Shown one piece after another: positions 12,886 through 24,987 of a stretch of 64,000 bases of DNA. The position numbers were made by a program, and so were the translations under genes. The stretch spans positions 2,080,244 through 2,144,243 of the forward strand of contig MU058252.1 of assembly GCA_013265495.1 (NCBI GenBank), in the 5' to 3' direction. The DNA is from Vicugna vicugna. Its lineage: Eukaryota. The notes beneath the pieces were generated by a model, which saw only the letters and a program-made list of their open reading frames with translations, had not been told where the DNA came from and made no database searches. Each line of letters opens with the position of its first letter. Position 1 is the stretch's first letter.

Positions 12886-13997
12886 TAGAGTTTTATAGAC
12901 CCCAAACCTGACATTATTTTCCACAGAGGGCCTGGAAATCTGAGTTTAGTCACAGAGGTGGAGGCAAGTTATCTGATTCCTCCCTCATCCTCTCCCCATA
13001 TTTTTAGGGCCTTAGAAAATTTGCCTTATTTTCATGCAGCAAGGTTACAATGCTCTTTGAGTCTCTGTCTTCCTTTTTTTAAATGAAATTTTCAAATGCA
13101 ATATTCAGAGGTCAGGAGAAATTTAGACATGGTGAGATAATTAAAAAAATATATCTGGCAAAATGTGGACCCAACAGAACAGGTTCATAATTTTTTATTT
13201 TATTTTTCATAAAATAAGAGAGGAAGATACCCTGGGCCTTGTTAAAGTAATCTTACATGTGCGAGTTCAGGGATGGAAAAACTCATTCAGTGGAGGATTA
13301 CTGACAGAGGAAAAGTGGACAAAAGGGGAAAGGAGGCAGGAGGCTAGGTCTCAGAGTGAACTGAGCTGTGCCTTCTGTTTGGACTGAGTCTCAGGGAGGT
13401 GGCTGCCATCCTCTGGAATTTTTTTTCTTTTCTTTTCATTATTTGAAAACCGAGGAAATCAGCTAGGCTTCAGAACGTCTTCAAGCTCTTGCTTGCTGAT
13501 ATTCCAACCCTAGAAAGAGCCATAGGGAGGTGATTACCATTATTAAGCCATCTCTGGGCACAGGTAACAAAGGCAAGTCTGTAGTAAAGTATACTCAATG
13601 GAAACTCTGAGCCAGCAGGAGTCCTTCACACTTTAGTATAAAAACAAACACAGACTTCGCATATCTGACATCAACTTGAGGCCTGAAGATGGGAAATTCC
13701 TGAATGAAATGAAGATATGAGGAGCAGTTTGAGATGCCTTTTTCCATCCTCCACTTTGCATAACTTTGTCTTGAATGTTCTCTTACTTCATCTGCATAAT
13801 AGTCACTAAGGTAGATACTGAAGTTTTTATTTCTCCTTTTATTTTTTACCCGAGGAAACTGAGTGCCATGATTATATGCAAGTCAGCATGGTCACAGGGC
13901 TAGTAAAATCAGTTTTCAAGCTGAAAATGTAGAAAGAGGGGATAGTATTGAATTTTTTATTCCGTCATCTTCAACCCATGCTTCTTTCAACTGATAA

Positions 13998-14477
13998 TGC
14001 TGCCAAGCCCAAGCTCAGACTGCTCGCCACATGACAGGCCAATAAATAAGAAGCTGTTGGGACGAGAAATAGCAACTTTACTCAGAAAGCCAGCAGACTG
14101 AGAAGGTGGAGGACTAGTGTCCCAAAGAACCACCTTCCCTGAGTTAGAATTCTGGCTTCTTGTATACTAAAAGGAGAGGGAGGAGAGTCAAACACTTCCT
14201 GGCTCCGGTCGGCCTCTGGAGGGCATGTGTTCATTCCTTCTGGTCGTTCACGGGGAGGGGGGGAGCTGGTCAGGATGCTTCCTGTGAGCTGAACAAAGGT
14301 GCTTTAGCTTAACACTCATTACCCGGGAGGCAGGGCTCCCAGAGAGACGGGCCGTTCTGTATGATTTAAGCTGATAGGCAGCATCCCTTTAGGGGTAACT
14401 TGTAGCAAAGCAGTAGAATAGAAACACTGAAGAGAAGCAGACCCAGAAGGGAGTCAGGTTCGCTCTTCCCGATGGCA
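13998..14477 (-). mobile_element. ERV1-type solo LTR (~480 bp)
   Basis: TG...CA termini, near-identical 4-bp flanks (ATAA / GTAA), and an AGTAAA poly(A)-like signal on the minus strand (~14077-14082). Confidence 0.7.
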
Positions 14478-16109
14478 GTAAGTCCGTCTGTTAAGCTCCT
14501 CGGTGCTGGCGAGGGTGATGAATCCCACAGGCATGGGGCTGCTTGCTTACTGTTCTTTCAAAAAAGAAAAAGAAGCTGCTACTTTCATTAGTGAGCCAGG
14601 ATCGTTCCAGATGAGACAGGAAACGATAGAATGAAATACCCAGGTGTGTTAAGAAGGAACACAGCCCACGCGCAGGTTGCAGCTGGCCAGGGGAAAGGGT
14701 GGTCAGTCGAGTTTAGCCAGGGAAGGGCTCACCAAGCGTCCTGCGGTCGTAGGGAGAGCACGCAGACTGAAGGCTTGGTGTAACGAGCTTTTCCTGCTTC
14801 CCCACTTGGTGACAGTCATCTTTGGCAAGTGAGGGGCCCACAGAGTGTTAACAGGCAGTCATTATGTAGCTTGTCTTTTCTGTATTTGCTTCTGGCGCTT
14901 CTTATTTGTGCCCCCCAGGAATAGCTTCTCACCCCTTCCAGCGGAGGAACCCTGCAGGTTAGTTTCCTCTGTGTGACAGTCAGAAGCCTGAGAAGTCACG
15001 ACGAGGGATGTGGCATGAAAAAAGACAAACAGTAAAGCAATGTGTGCCACCTCCCCCACCGTATCGGCAGTGGGGCCACGTTTCTTTCTTAATTCACCCA
15101 TCAGCTGCCAGCTGGGCATCTGGGTAACAGACTTGCTATTCATTGCCTGGTGGGCGCTTGTCTTCCGTTGAGAGTAGAAGCCTGCTCGGGGTTCTCAAGG
15201 ATGCAAGACTCGGCCTCTTCCTGGATGCAGCTGGTTAGACCAGGGCTGGCCACATGCTCCCAGGGGCGTAAATCCACAGGGTGAGCTGAGCCGATCCAAC
15301 ACTGTTGGAAATTGGAGCTCAGAGATCCAGAGATGCCCATCGGAGGACAGAGGGCTCTATGCGTAAGATCCTGGAGACTCTGACAGCCGTGTACGGCCCT
15401 GGGAGGCTGAGAATGACTGCTGGGGGAAGGGGAAGCCGAGGTGACGGTGACAGAAATGTGGCCCCAGAGACTCAGAGGATGTGGCCTCCCTTTCAGAGCT
15501 TCTGGTTGTGGTTCACATGAAGCCTGCCTCTACTCCGCCATCTTTCCTTTCAGACTCCTTCTGGATTCTGAGATGTACCGCGATGTAAAATGGACAGGAA
15601 CTAAAGAAAAAGCTCTGATGAGTAGCGAGGTTTCCTATGTGCACTCGCTCTCCCCACTGTTACCAAACAGAACTGTTTGTGTTGAACAAACCTTTGGGTA
15701 GGCTTCCTAGCGCACTGGCTGTGAGCCTCAAGAGGCACAACGGAGGGCGAAGAAGAAGTCGCTGCCTGGCTTTCTAAGCAGGAGTGGGAGTGATGGCTAC
15801 GCTCCAGGTTCTTACCGGACAGAGCTCGCCAGAGCTGAATTTATCAGAAAAATAGAGGGCATCCATGAGGCTTTGTGGCAGGAGATAAAAGGGAAGAAGA
15901 CAAAAAGTGATGGCGTTGCTGGCGGCCAGGAGATGTGCTCTGGGGAACAGAATAGAAACGTGTGTTGTATCTCGCTCTTCAGAGAAGTGTCAATAAAACC
16001 TTGGGGCTCGCTGATGTGCTATTTGGCGAGACGTGGGTTTTCTGCGGCAAATGGGGTTGGGTTGTTGGACATAACATGGAATCTAGGTTCAAGATGGGGG
16101 TGGGACAAA

Positions 16110-16614
16110 GTCCAGACTGTCCAAAGGGGCCCAGAAAGATCTGGATTACGTCCACAATACATTTGTTTGTTACTGGGTTTTTTTTTTTTTTGAGCTACTT
16201 TTTTTGGATTTCCTTTTTTTTTGCAATCAAATGGGCTCTAATAAAAGTATGTGTAAAGCACCCGGAGGCTTCGATAAGCATTAGTCACGACCTCCTTCTT
16301 CAGTGAGTTCCCAGTGTAGACTCATGGGGCCATCATGAAACAGCCTTATTTTTTTTTCAGGTCCAGACTGTCCAAAGGGGCCCAGAAAGATCTGGATTAC
16401 ATCCACAATACATTTGTTTGTTACTGGGTTGTTTTTTTTTTTGAGCTACTTTTTTTGGATTTCCTTTTTTTTTTTGCAGTCAAATGGGCTCTAATAAAAG
16501 TATGTGTAAAGCACCCGGAGGCTTCAATAAGCATTAGTCACGACCTCCTTCTTCAGTGAGTTCCCAGTGTAGACTCATGGGGCCATCATGAAACAGCCTT
16601 ATTTTTTTTTCCAG
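16110..16614. repeat. Near-perfect ~251-bp direct tandem duplication (copy 1 16110-16360, copy 2 16361-16614)
   Basis: Both copies start gtccagactgtccaaaggggcccagaaagatctggattac and end catcatgaaacagccttat(T)n(c)cag. They differ at three A/G positions plus small changes in T-tracts. Confidence 0.97.
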
Positions 16615-16857
16615 CTGTGCCTTTGAGATCTTTTGCTAGCTTGTACCCAGATTTGTGAAGCTCGTTTACTTTTTCTAGTCCTTTTTCCTGACAAATAGTG
16701 TGATTCCAGGAGTGAAAAATGCCCTGTCCAGTCCAATATGAGAAGATTAGCTCCAAAATTCATGCAAAATTCTGGCTTCTCTCTCCCAGCTGGGTCCTGC
16801 TGCAGGTCTGGAAGCCTGCATCAGTGGGGAAGGCAGGGGGCTTCTCCTGGCACATTT

Positions 16858-16999
16858 TTTTTTAATTGAAAAAAAATTTTTGGAGGGCGGAGGGAATTAG
16901 GTTATTTAATTACTTTTTTGATGGAGGTACTGGGGATTGAACCCAGGACCTGGTGCGTGCTAAGCACGCACTCTGCCACTGGGCTCTGCCTCCCCAGCC
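16858..16999 (-). mobile_element. tRNA-Ala-derived SINE (camelid Vic-1-like)
   Basis: Head homologous to tRNA-Ala(AGC) with A/B boxes, AACCTAATT-containing body, A-rich tail; perfect 12-bp TSD CCTGGCACATTT (16846-16857 / 17000-17011). Confidence 0.9.
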
Positions 17000-17334
17000 C
17001 CTGGCACATTTCTTACTCCACCTCTGCACCCGCCAGTCTCCATTTCTCAATTCTCCAATGCTGGGTTCAAGCAGAGAAGAAATGAGGGGAAAGGTGGAGA
17101 GAATAGGTCACTTTGGATGCGGCAAATGCATAAAATAGACCTTTTTCTCCTGGGGAGCTTTCAGGGAGTTTCTGTAGATGCCCTCGCATGGGGGGTTGAC
17201 CGCTGACTGCAGCATCTTCCCAGCGGTGATGCCGTCCCTCGCCTTCAAGCTGCCTGGTGTCACCCTCTGCTCGGTACTCTGCCCTGCTGGGTGGGGCTCC
17301 TGGCTTCCTTCTCCCCCGTAGTCCGTTTCTGGTT

Positions 17335-18073
17335 TTCATGTCTTTTCCATTATAGGTTATTACAAGAATTGAATATTCTTTCCTGTGCTGTACAGTAGGT
17401 CCTTGTTGTTTACACAGAGTAATAGGTATCTGCTAATCCTCAACTCCCAATTTATCCCTCCCCTACTTTCCCCCTGGTAACCGTAAGTTTGTTTTCTATG
17501 TCTGTGAGTCTGTTTCCATTTTGTATGTGAGTTCATTTGTATCACTTTTTTTAGATTCCACATATAAGTGATATTAACAGTATTTTTCTTTGTCTTTCTG
17601 GCTTATTTCACTTAGAATGACAATCTCCAGGTCTATCCATGTTTTTGCAAATGGCATCATTTCTTTCTTTTTTATGGCTGAGTAGTGTTCCATTATATAT
17701 ATACAAACATACACACACACCCCACATCTTCTTTATCCAGTCATCTGTCAATGAACATTTAGATTGCTTCCATGTCTTGGCTATTATAAATAATGCTTTT
17801 ATGAGCATTGGGGGGCACATTTCTTTTCAAATTGGAGTTTTCTCGGGATGGGATTGCTGGATCATATGATAAGTCTGTTTTTACTTTTTTAAGGAATCTC
17901 CATACTGTCCTCCATAGTGGCTGCACCAGATTACATTCCCACGAGCAGTGCAGGAGGGTTCCCTTTTCTCCACACCCTCTCCAGCATTTATTGTTTGTGG
18001 ACTTTTTCATGATGCATTCTGAACAGTGTGAGGTGATACCTCATTGTAGTTTTGATTTGCATTTCTCTAATAA
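17335..18073 (-). mobile_element. 5'-truncated L1 (ORF2 C-terminus + 3'UTR)
   Basis: Minus-strand peptides [35 protein letters not shown] and ALFIIAKTWKQSKC...WIKKMW are typical of the L1 ORF2p C-terminus; frameshifted. Confidence 0.95.
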
Positions 18074-18759
18074 TATCAGCTTCTCTATTTAAAATTTTCC
18101 CTGATGGGGTCTAGATGCCACCACATGTTTCCAGGGTCCCCATTTCAGGGAGCACTGTGACCTCCCCCACCTCGCTTGGTCCATGCTGAGGAGCCCCCTG
18201 CATCTTTCTCTTCCTCGTCTGGTTGTCCTTCCTCCTCCACTGGGAAGATGGAGCTTCCAGAGAATTCTACCACCTCTCTGTGTTGGAAGCGCCCTCGTAG
18301 GTGGGTGACCACTGTTGCGTGCCACTGATTTCAAACCCTTGTGTCAACTCCCTTTTCGCACTCTAGCAGACCCTGGGCTGTGGGGACGGCGGTGGCCGTC
18401 CTTACGGCCCGTAACTCCTGGTGCCTTGGTTTTCCCTCTAGGTGGTGACCGTACGCCTTTAAGAACAGTGGGCAGCTGGTGACTTGTGTGAATAGTGAGC
18501 ACCATCTAGCTCGGTGTGTGTACTGGGAGAATGGGTCTTAGCTTATGTGGGTTGAAAAGGATTCATGGAAGTGCTGGGATTCTGCTGGCAGTAGAGGACA
18601 CAGCACTTTCCTTGAGACGGTGCCTGACTGAAAGCACACAGGCAGCCCCGCCCAGGTGGGAAGTCTCCGTTGTCGGGCACATTATGTGTCACGTGTCCCA
18701 GGGAAAGTGGGAGCTCTTGGCTGACTCCCTCGGCCTCCATGCTGAAATCCCCTGTGTCT

Positions 18760-19020
18760 TCTCAACCTTGGCTGTGCACACCAGTCACCCAGGAGTTCTT
18801 GTTAGAACATGTTCTGATTGAGTAGTTCTGGGGTAGAGCCCAGAATTCTAGGGGCTCCTTTCTATTAATGGAGGTGCTGGAGGCTGAACCCAGGACCTCG
18901 TGCATGCTGAGCACGTGCTCTACCACTGAGCTGTGCCCGCCCCCAAGATTCTGCATTTCTTAAACATCTCCCTGTGTTGCTACTGCTGCTTGTCCTCGGA
19001 GCACACTTTGAGCAGCAAGG
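18760..19020. mobile_element. MER5-like hAT MITE interrupted by a SINE
   Basis: Left end ttctcaaccttggctgtgcac...; right end ctgcatttcttaaaca...gcacactttgagcagcaagg. Confidence 0.7.
18851..18943 (-). mobile_element. Short tRNA-Ala-derived SINE nested in MER5
   Basis: ggaggtgctggaggctgaacccaggacctcgtgcatgctgagcacgtgctctaccactgagc is the reverse complement of a tRNA-Ala-like head; imperfect flanking repeat cccagaattct/cccaagattct. Confidence 0.85.
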
Positions 19021-20764
19021 CCCATTGCTTTCCTGAGTAACAGAGAGCGGAGCACACGATGCATTTTGTTATATGATTGACAAATCACTGGACGCCTTTC
19101 ATTTGTGGAAAATGGTCTTAGCTGTCGTTTGCACATAATGGTCCTCGTTCCTTTGATCTGTGATTAGACGTTTTGGTGCCACTCACTTGGAAAGGAGGAG
19201 TGAAATGGGAGAGAAGAGACTGGGCTTCCCGTTGTCAGCTGTGCCGTCCACCGGCTTTGTGGCCATTTCCAAGGGGTCCGCATCTCCGGAGTGTAGCCAT
19301 ATTTATTCGAGTTGATTGTGTTGGGTGTTCTCCAGGGGTCTAGCAAATCCTAATACTGTATTTCCATAGGTATTTCATGCTTATCTACTCAACTGCATTG
19401 TTTAAAAAAAACTTTGTAGCCAACTGTGTAATTTGACGTGTATTTTTGTTCCTGGAGCAGGAGCTGGAACCGTGCTCTTGGTTCATCCTCACTAGATATT
19501 TGTGAATGATGTTGATGTAGGTGCGGGAGAACTTGGGTGGTTTGAGAGTGGATCCAAGTCGTGAGGAATCCACCGGCATTTCCAAAGTGTCTTTAGCAAG
19601 TCTTGATTGCTGAGCAGTGTTGACTTCCTGAAGTGAAAATACTAAATTCAGTTGCGTCCATATGCAGAGCCTCTCATCTGACTTGGACCAGAGGCAACCA
19701 TCCCAGAATCAGTAGGATCAGTAGAGCAAAAGAGTTATAACCTTCTTCGCTATAAAAACAATAAATCTTTTTGAAGAAACAGGCAGAGAAATGCAGGCAA
19801 AGAAGACGTGTGCTCCCTTGCTCCCGCATTTCAGCGGTCTACGTCCACGAAGCTTTCTGTTCATGGCTTTCTGTTACGGTTCACAGGGATGCTATCAAAG
19901 GTGCTGGATCTCTCCAGATAGTTCCTGCCGTTTAACTTCTGAAAGTGTCTGCTTAATTCTATCCACAGCGGATGCCACTTAATAAAACCTGCAGAGTCCT
20001 TGGACGGGCTCTGAGGGTCACTTCACGTGCCCTCCTCGGCTGTAGAGGCTTAAATTGAAGAGAGTCAGGAAGCAGGTGGATGGAAAAGGCAAACTGACCC
20101 AGTCGCTGTCTTTGAATGATGTGTCATTACAAACGGGGAAATGCCACTCTGACACTTCCCAGCCGGAAGAGAGGAAGGGGGCGGGGAGGAGGAGTTGTAA
20201 GCAGGCTTCTGACGTCCAGAAACCCCTCCTGGATCCACCGAGGGCTGCGGTGAGCGAGGCAAACGCTTCCGTTTAGAGGAGAGCAGGGAAATACCCAGTT
20301 GGCACCTGCCCGGTGAATTACGGCTTTTATCTTAAGGGGTAGGTTGAGTAAATGGCTGCACTGAGGGTAACTTTGAGGCTGAAACATTCCAATGTAAAAA
20401 GTTTGTCTCCCTCAGCTTTCAAAAAAGTGAGAAAAGCTCTACGTGAAGGTGTCAGGTACCACGGGGGGCTGCGAAGGCGTGTGCTGGGCGGCTCGGCCAG
20501 CCGCGACGGGGGCTCACGTTGCACCCCTCCGGCCGGAGTCCCGCTGCCGCGCTGCCGTGTGTGCGGCTCTCCGTGTGTCCACTTCTGTTGTGTTTTTTGT
20601 GAAATGGGTACTGGAAGCAGATGTGGCTCAGAGGGATGGAAAGGCAGCTCCTGGGGGGTCAAGAGTGTGGGGTGGGTAAAAATTGAGGCAGCATGAGTCC
20701 TTTTAACATCATCTAAATATTTTTTCAATATCTGAAGTAGAAGATTCAAAGTTAGAAAATTGGC

Positions 20765-20919
20765 GAAGGTGTGTCTCAGTGGTGCAGCACGTGCTTAACA
20801 TGTACGAGGTCCTGGGTTCAATCCCCAGTGCCGCCATTAAAAAAATTAAAATAAATGAACCTAATTACCTTCCCCTCCCAAAACTAAACAAAATACTAAA
20901 AAAAGAAAAGAAAAGAAAA
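20765..20919 (+). mobile_element. tRNA-Ala-derived SINE (camelid Vic-1-like)
   Basis: tRNA-like head (ctcagtggt...gggttcaatcccc), body aaatgaacctaattaccttcccc, A-rich tail; 11-bp TSD AGAAAATTGGC (20754-20764 / 20920-20930). Confidence 0.92.
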
Positions 20920-22260
20920 AGAAAATTGGCAATGGAATTAGGGTTGCAGGAGAAAAACAATTATTTGGATCTGGGTATGTTCTTAGGGGAAATCAACTAG
21001 AAAGTTAATACAGGGTCAGCAAGGCAGGATCTAGACCGCGGTGAACATCAGTTTGAGATAAATGATGTCCACTTATTGTGGAACGGGAATTTTTAACTTC
21101 CTTCAGTAAAGCGCAGCTGTCTGGAAGAGGAGGAAGTGTTCCTTGTGATTAGGCAGTGACCAGGGCAGAGAAGGAAGATGGTTTCTCTGTGGATTAAAGG
21201 AGTAAAGGTCTGTGTGCCAGGAGCCTTTTCCTTGCACTTACCCCCATGGTGGTCCCCCGAGTTCCTCTTGTAAAGAGGACTCAGAGATGTTATGTAACTT
21301 GCCTGTGGTCCCATGTGCATTAATTAAGATGCAGCTCTGGGCTTCAGACCTAGACTTGGAATCTCACTGCTTAATTCTAAACCCCGTCCTGGACAGTCCA
21401 TGGTGGAAAGGAGGTAAACTTACCAAAGTCGTCATTTAGCAATTTGGTCATTAGTCAAATTGGACGTCAAATACATAAGGTGCTTTTACATTAGAAGAAC
21501 ATCACCATTCAGCAGCAGCGCCCTGAGACTGTGGACACGATGGGCTCTACTTTATCTGCTGAATTTATCAGGTTATTTTCACAACCTGATCTTGTATCCA
21601 TTAATCTCACAACTCTCTCATTAGTTCTGATGATGAGTTTTTGTTGATTCTGTATATTTGATCATACTTTCCGCAAATAATGGCATCTGTATCTCTTCCT
21701 TTCCATCCCTTATTGTCCCTATTTATTTACCTTTTCTAAGGTTCTTGGTCGGGACCTCTGTTCCTGTTAAACGGTATTGTTTCTATTGAGAATTGCTCAA
21801 TATTCTAGCACAACTGGGGTGTGTAATGGTGTAATGTACAGAGATGGGGAAGAATGAGAGAGAAACAGTTTGGAGGCAAATAAAATTCTCCCTGTGGCAT
21901 ATCCAAGTCTCCATTCATGTCTCTTGCTTTGGAAAGAGGTGATTTTAGGAGAGTTAGAGTTGAGTATCATCAGCTCACAGGTATTAATTTAAACTGTGAG
22001 ATGACTTTCTGTCTTCCGCTCAGGGATGTTAAGAGCTGGAGAGAGCATGACGCCACCGTTACAACAAGACAACAGCCAGCCAGTGTGTAGGGTCATCCCT
22101 CAGAGAGATGAGAGTTCAGGACAGGCAACCAACCCAGCTCTAGGGAGGGATGGGGGCTGGGGACAAGGCAGGCTGTGAGCACTCGCTCACTTGATTTATA
22201 CACCTCAACCAGTGGGAAGGACTCAGCTGGAAGAGCTGGTGCCTTGGTGGAGTTTAGGTG

Positions 22261-22505
22261 GGAGCAGGTGGGAGCAGGCGTGAGCAGGTGGGGGCAGGTG
22301 GGAGCAGGCGTGAGCAGGTGGGGGCAGGTGGGAGCAGGCGTGAGCAGGTGTAAGCAGGTGCGGGCAGGTGGGGGCAGGTACGGGCAGGTGGGAGCAGGTG
22401 GGGGCAGGTGTGAGCAGGCGCGGGCAGGCGTGAGCAGGCACAGGCAGGTGGGAGCAGGCGCGGGCAGGTGTGAGCAGATGCGGGCAGGTGCGGGCAGGTG
22501 GGAGC
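22261..22505. repeat. G-rich minisatellite, 24 x 10-bp units built on a GCAGG(T/C)G core
   Basis: Directly visible 10-bp periodicity over 22261-22500, with a 30-bp higher-order pattern in the first ~90 bp. Confidence 0.97.
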
Positions 22506-24987
22506 GATGAAGCTCCTGGGGGCTGCTTATTGGGGGAGGGGGTGGTTCACACTCCTGAACAGCAGGAAGTTATCTCATGAGTGGTAACTAACACAACTTG
22601 GGGTCCAACATTGGCTCCTGGAACGGAAGGAGGCCCTTCAGGGAAGAGCTGGGGAAATCCAGTGCTTTTTAGTTTCGTGAAGAGTCACTTCCCGACTTTG
22701 CTGTGTGGCCTGGTGTTGGACAGATGACCCTGGGGGATGCAGGTCTTCTATGCAGCTTTTTAAACAAGACTAAAACGATTTAAAAGTGAAGTTTTAAAGA
22801 CAGGACAAGAAGGATTACAGGGAGGGGGTATGCAGAAAGGTGTGAAACTGGGCTGGTGGATCTTCCTGAAACTAACAGCATACAAGCGCACAATCATGAG
22901 TTTGAGAAAGGCTTCACTACACAACTCTCTTAATTAAAAAACAAATTCAGTGTTTCCCCAAATTCTGTAGCTGTTAGGATGTTTTTATTTGCCAATAGCC
23001 CTTTGATACCAACTTCATGAAGTCAGGAATGAGGTCCACTTGGGGCCAGTTATACAAACACAATTCATAGCACATAATGGCATTTATTCATTAAAGGAGT
23101 ATTTATCACACACCCGCTAACATCCCTTAGATCTTGGGTTCTGAGGACTCCACTTGGGCAAAGCTCAAAAGGACACAAGAGTGACCAGAAGGTAATGGCC
23201 TTGGGGCAAGTGAGAGCGAGATTGTGGGGGCACAGAGATAGGGACAGCTCTCTCCCAACCTGCTGCTAGGAGGGCTGAGGTGAGAATCTGGCTTGGAGGC
23301 AAAGCCAGGATAGGATCTTCAGGCTGATTAATTCTGCCTGCTGGTCCTCGGGGTTTCCATTTGGATTTTGATGCAAAGAGGTGGACTTTGAACAGAGATG
23401 TTTCCCCAGGGGACGGATCATGCCCCGATGTCTCCTCATGCTCTGGGATTTGGAGGAAAGGAGATAAGTACAGTTCCTAAGGCCAGAGGAGGATCGCACA
23501 GAGCAGAATGAGCAGCGATCACCAGGATAAACCTCCCTGTCGTTTTATCTCCGTTCTCTCTGGAGACACGTGGGAGGGAGTCACTGTGAGGCCTGGACTG
23601 TTTTCTGCACTTAGGTGCACTCTCTGCATTGTGTCAGGAGAGGGCGTTTTCAGTGCAGATGAATGCATTCCCTGTGCAGGTGAGGACAGTGACGCACTGT
23701 GACCATTCAGGCCCATTTCTCAGCTGTCTGTGCATACGCGTCTTACCCAGGCTCTTGAGCGCCCGTTGCTGGAGAGTCCCGAGGCTTCAGTCCAGGACGA
23801 GAAAGAGCCCAGCAACCGGCCTGGGTCCCTTGTGAACCCCGGGCCCCAGGCCCCCAGGGCTGCGGGTGGGCTGCTCAGGCAGAGCAGAGGCACACACGGG
23901 CGGTAGGTGGTCTGATCGGGGCTCAGGGCTTGCCCGCTGCCAGCTGACCGCTGGGGATGGGAGAGAGGGCGCGGTCCCTGCGCGCGGCTCCCAGCACTGC
24001 CCCTCCTTCTAGTCCGACCGCTGGAGGAAGTCAGGCCCTGCAGCCTCTCCCGCCTCCCTGGGCATCTCAGGGAAGGAGGGAGAAGGCAGGTCCCGCAGGG
24101 CTTCATGGGAGAGTCGCCCTTGGGTCAGTGTGGGAGGGGATTTGAGGCCCCAGGTAAGGCCGTGCAGGTGTAGGTCCCTCCCCCTGAGGTCTGCCTCTGC
24201 GAAGACAGAGATGACGCTCGTTGAAGATACCTGAGCTAACTCGGTTGTCTTAGGGCTGTTTGAGTTTTAGCCTAACATACGAGACGTTATTGGTGTTTCT
24301 TTTTCATGTATCAAGGCACCTAACTGGGTGATAAGGCAGTAATCCTTAACTATCTTAGGGCCGCAAGCTACTCTAATAGTCTGAGGAAAGCGACCTACCC
24401 TCGCCCCGGAGACGCGCATGTGTACGTTTCACACACATCTCACATCAAGCGCCGGCTCTGCAGTCGAGGAGGAACCTTCAGGACCACTGTGGCCAACGCC
24501 AGTTTTCTCCCCAGTGTCTGTGCCACCCTTCCTTTTTCCTGGACACTGTGCTGTTTGGGGGGGTTCAGTCCATCCCCACTTAATGCGTGGACCAGGATCC
24601 ATCTAAACCAGCAAGAATAACCCCCAGTCACCCCAGAGTGACCGGCTCCTGCGACTCGGGCACAGCCACCCAGCCCGTGACACTCCCCGCCCGAGGATGG
24701 TGGCCGTGGCCCAGCCGTCCCAGCTGGAAGGACTTCAGGGGAGTCTGACACAGCGCCGCGGTCTGCTGGGCAGGGCAGGCGGGGAGCCTGGAATAACTGA
24801 ACCCACGTTGTTACCACAAAGGAAGGCACCAGGCGCCAGGGGATAAGGCGCCAGCCCCAGGCAGGAGAAGAGCGTCGCAGGGAGACAGAACGGCAGCCTT
24901 GAGCAAAACGTGGAGAAGCTCACCACTCGGGGGATTCCAGCCGCTGGCTATGAGGGCGCACGCTCCCTTTAGTATTTACCCACCCCC

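Noticed and set aside
15962..16559. Two ORFs sharing an identical C-terminus (KWALIKVCVKHPEASISISHDLLLQ), suggesting paralogous small genes
   Set aside because: A by-product of the 251-bp tandem duplication; poly-Phe comes from T-tracts and there is no coding signature.
17608..18010. ORFs with reverse-transcriptase-protein-like C-terminal motifs (also 44191-44479)
   Set aside because: Frameshifted, 5'-truncated L1 ORF2 remnants, not host genes or active elements.
18435..18448. CTCF-like motif CCTCTAGGTGGTGA
   Set aside because: A plausible match, but such motifs occur by chance in 64 kb and cannot be supported without a PWM scan or ChIP data.
20765..20836. tRNA-Ala gene (also 16920-16995 and 18869-18943)
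   Set aside because: Mutated stems, SINE body, A-rich tail and TSDs identify these as tRNA-derived SINEs rather than functional tRNAs.
22175..22510. Repetitive GQVGAG protein ORF or CRISPR-like array
   Set aside because: Translation of a 10-bp minisatellite; no unique spacers, no cas genes, eukaryotic context.
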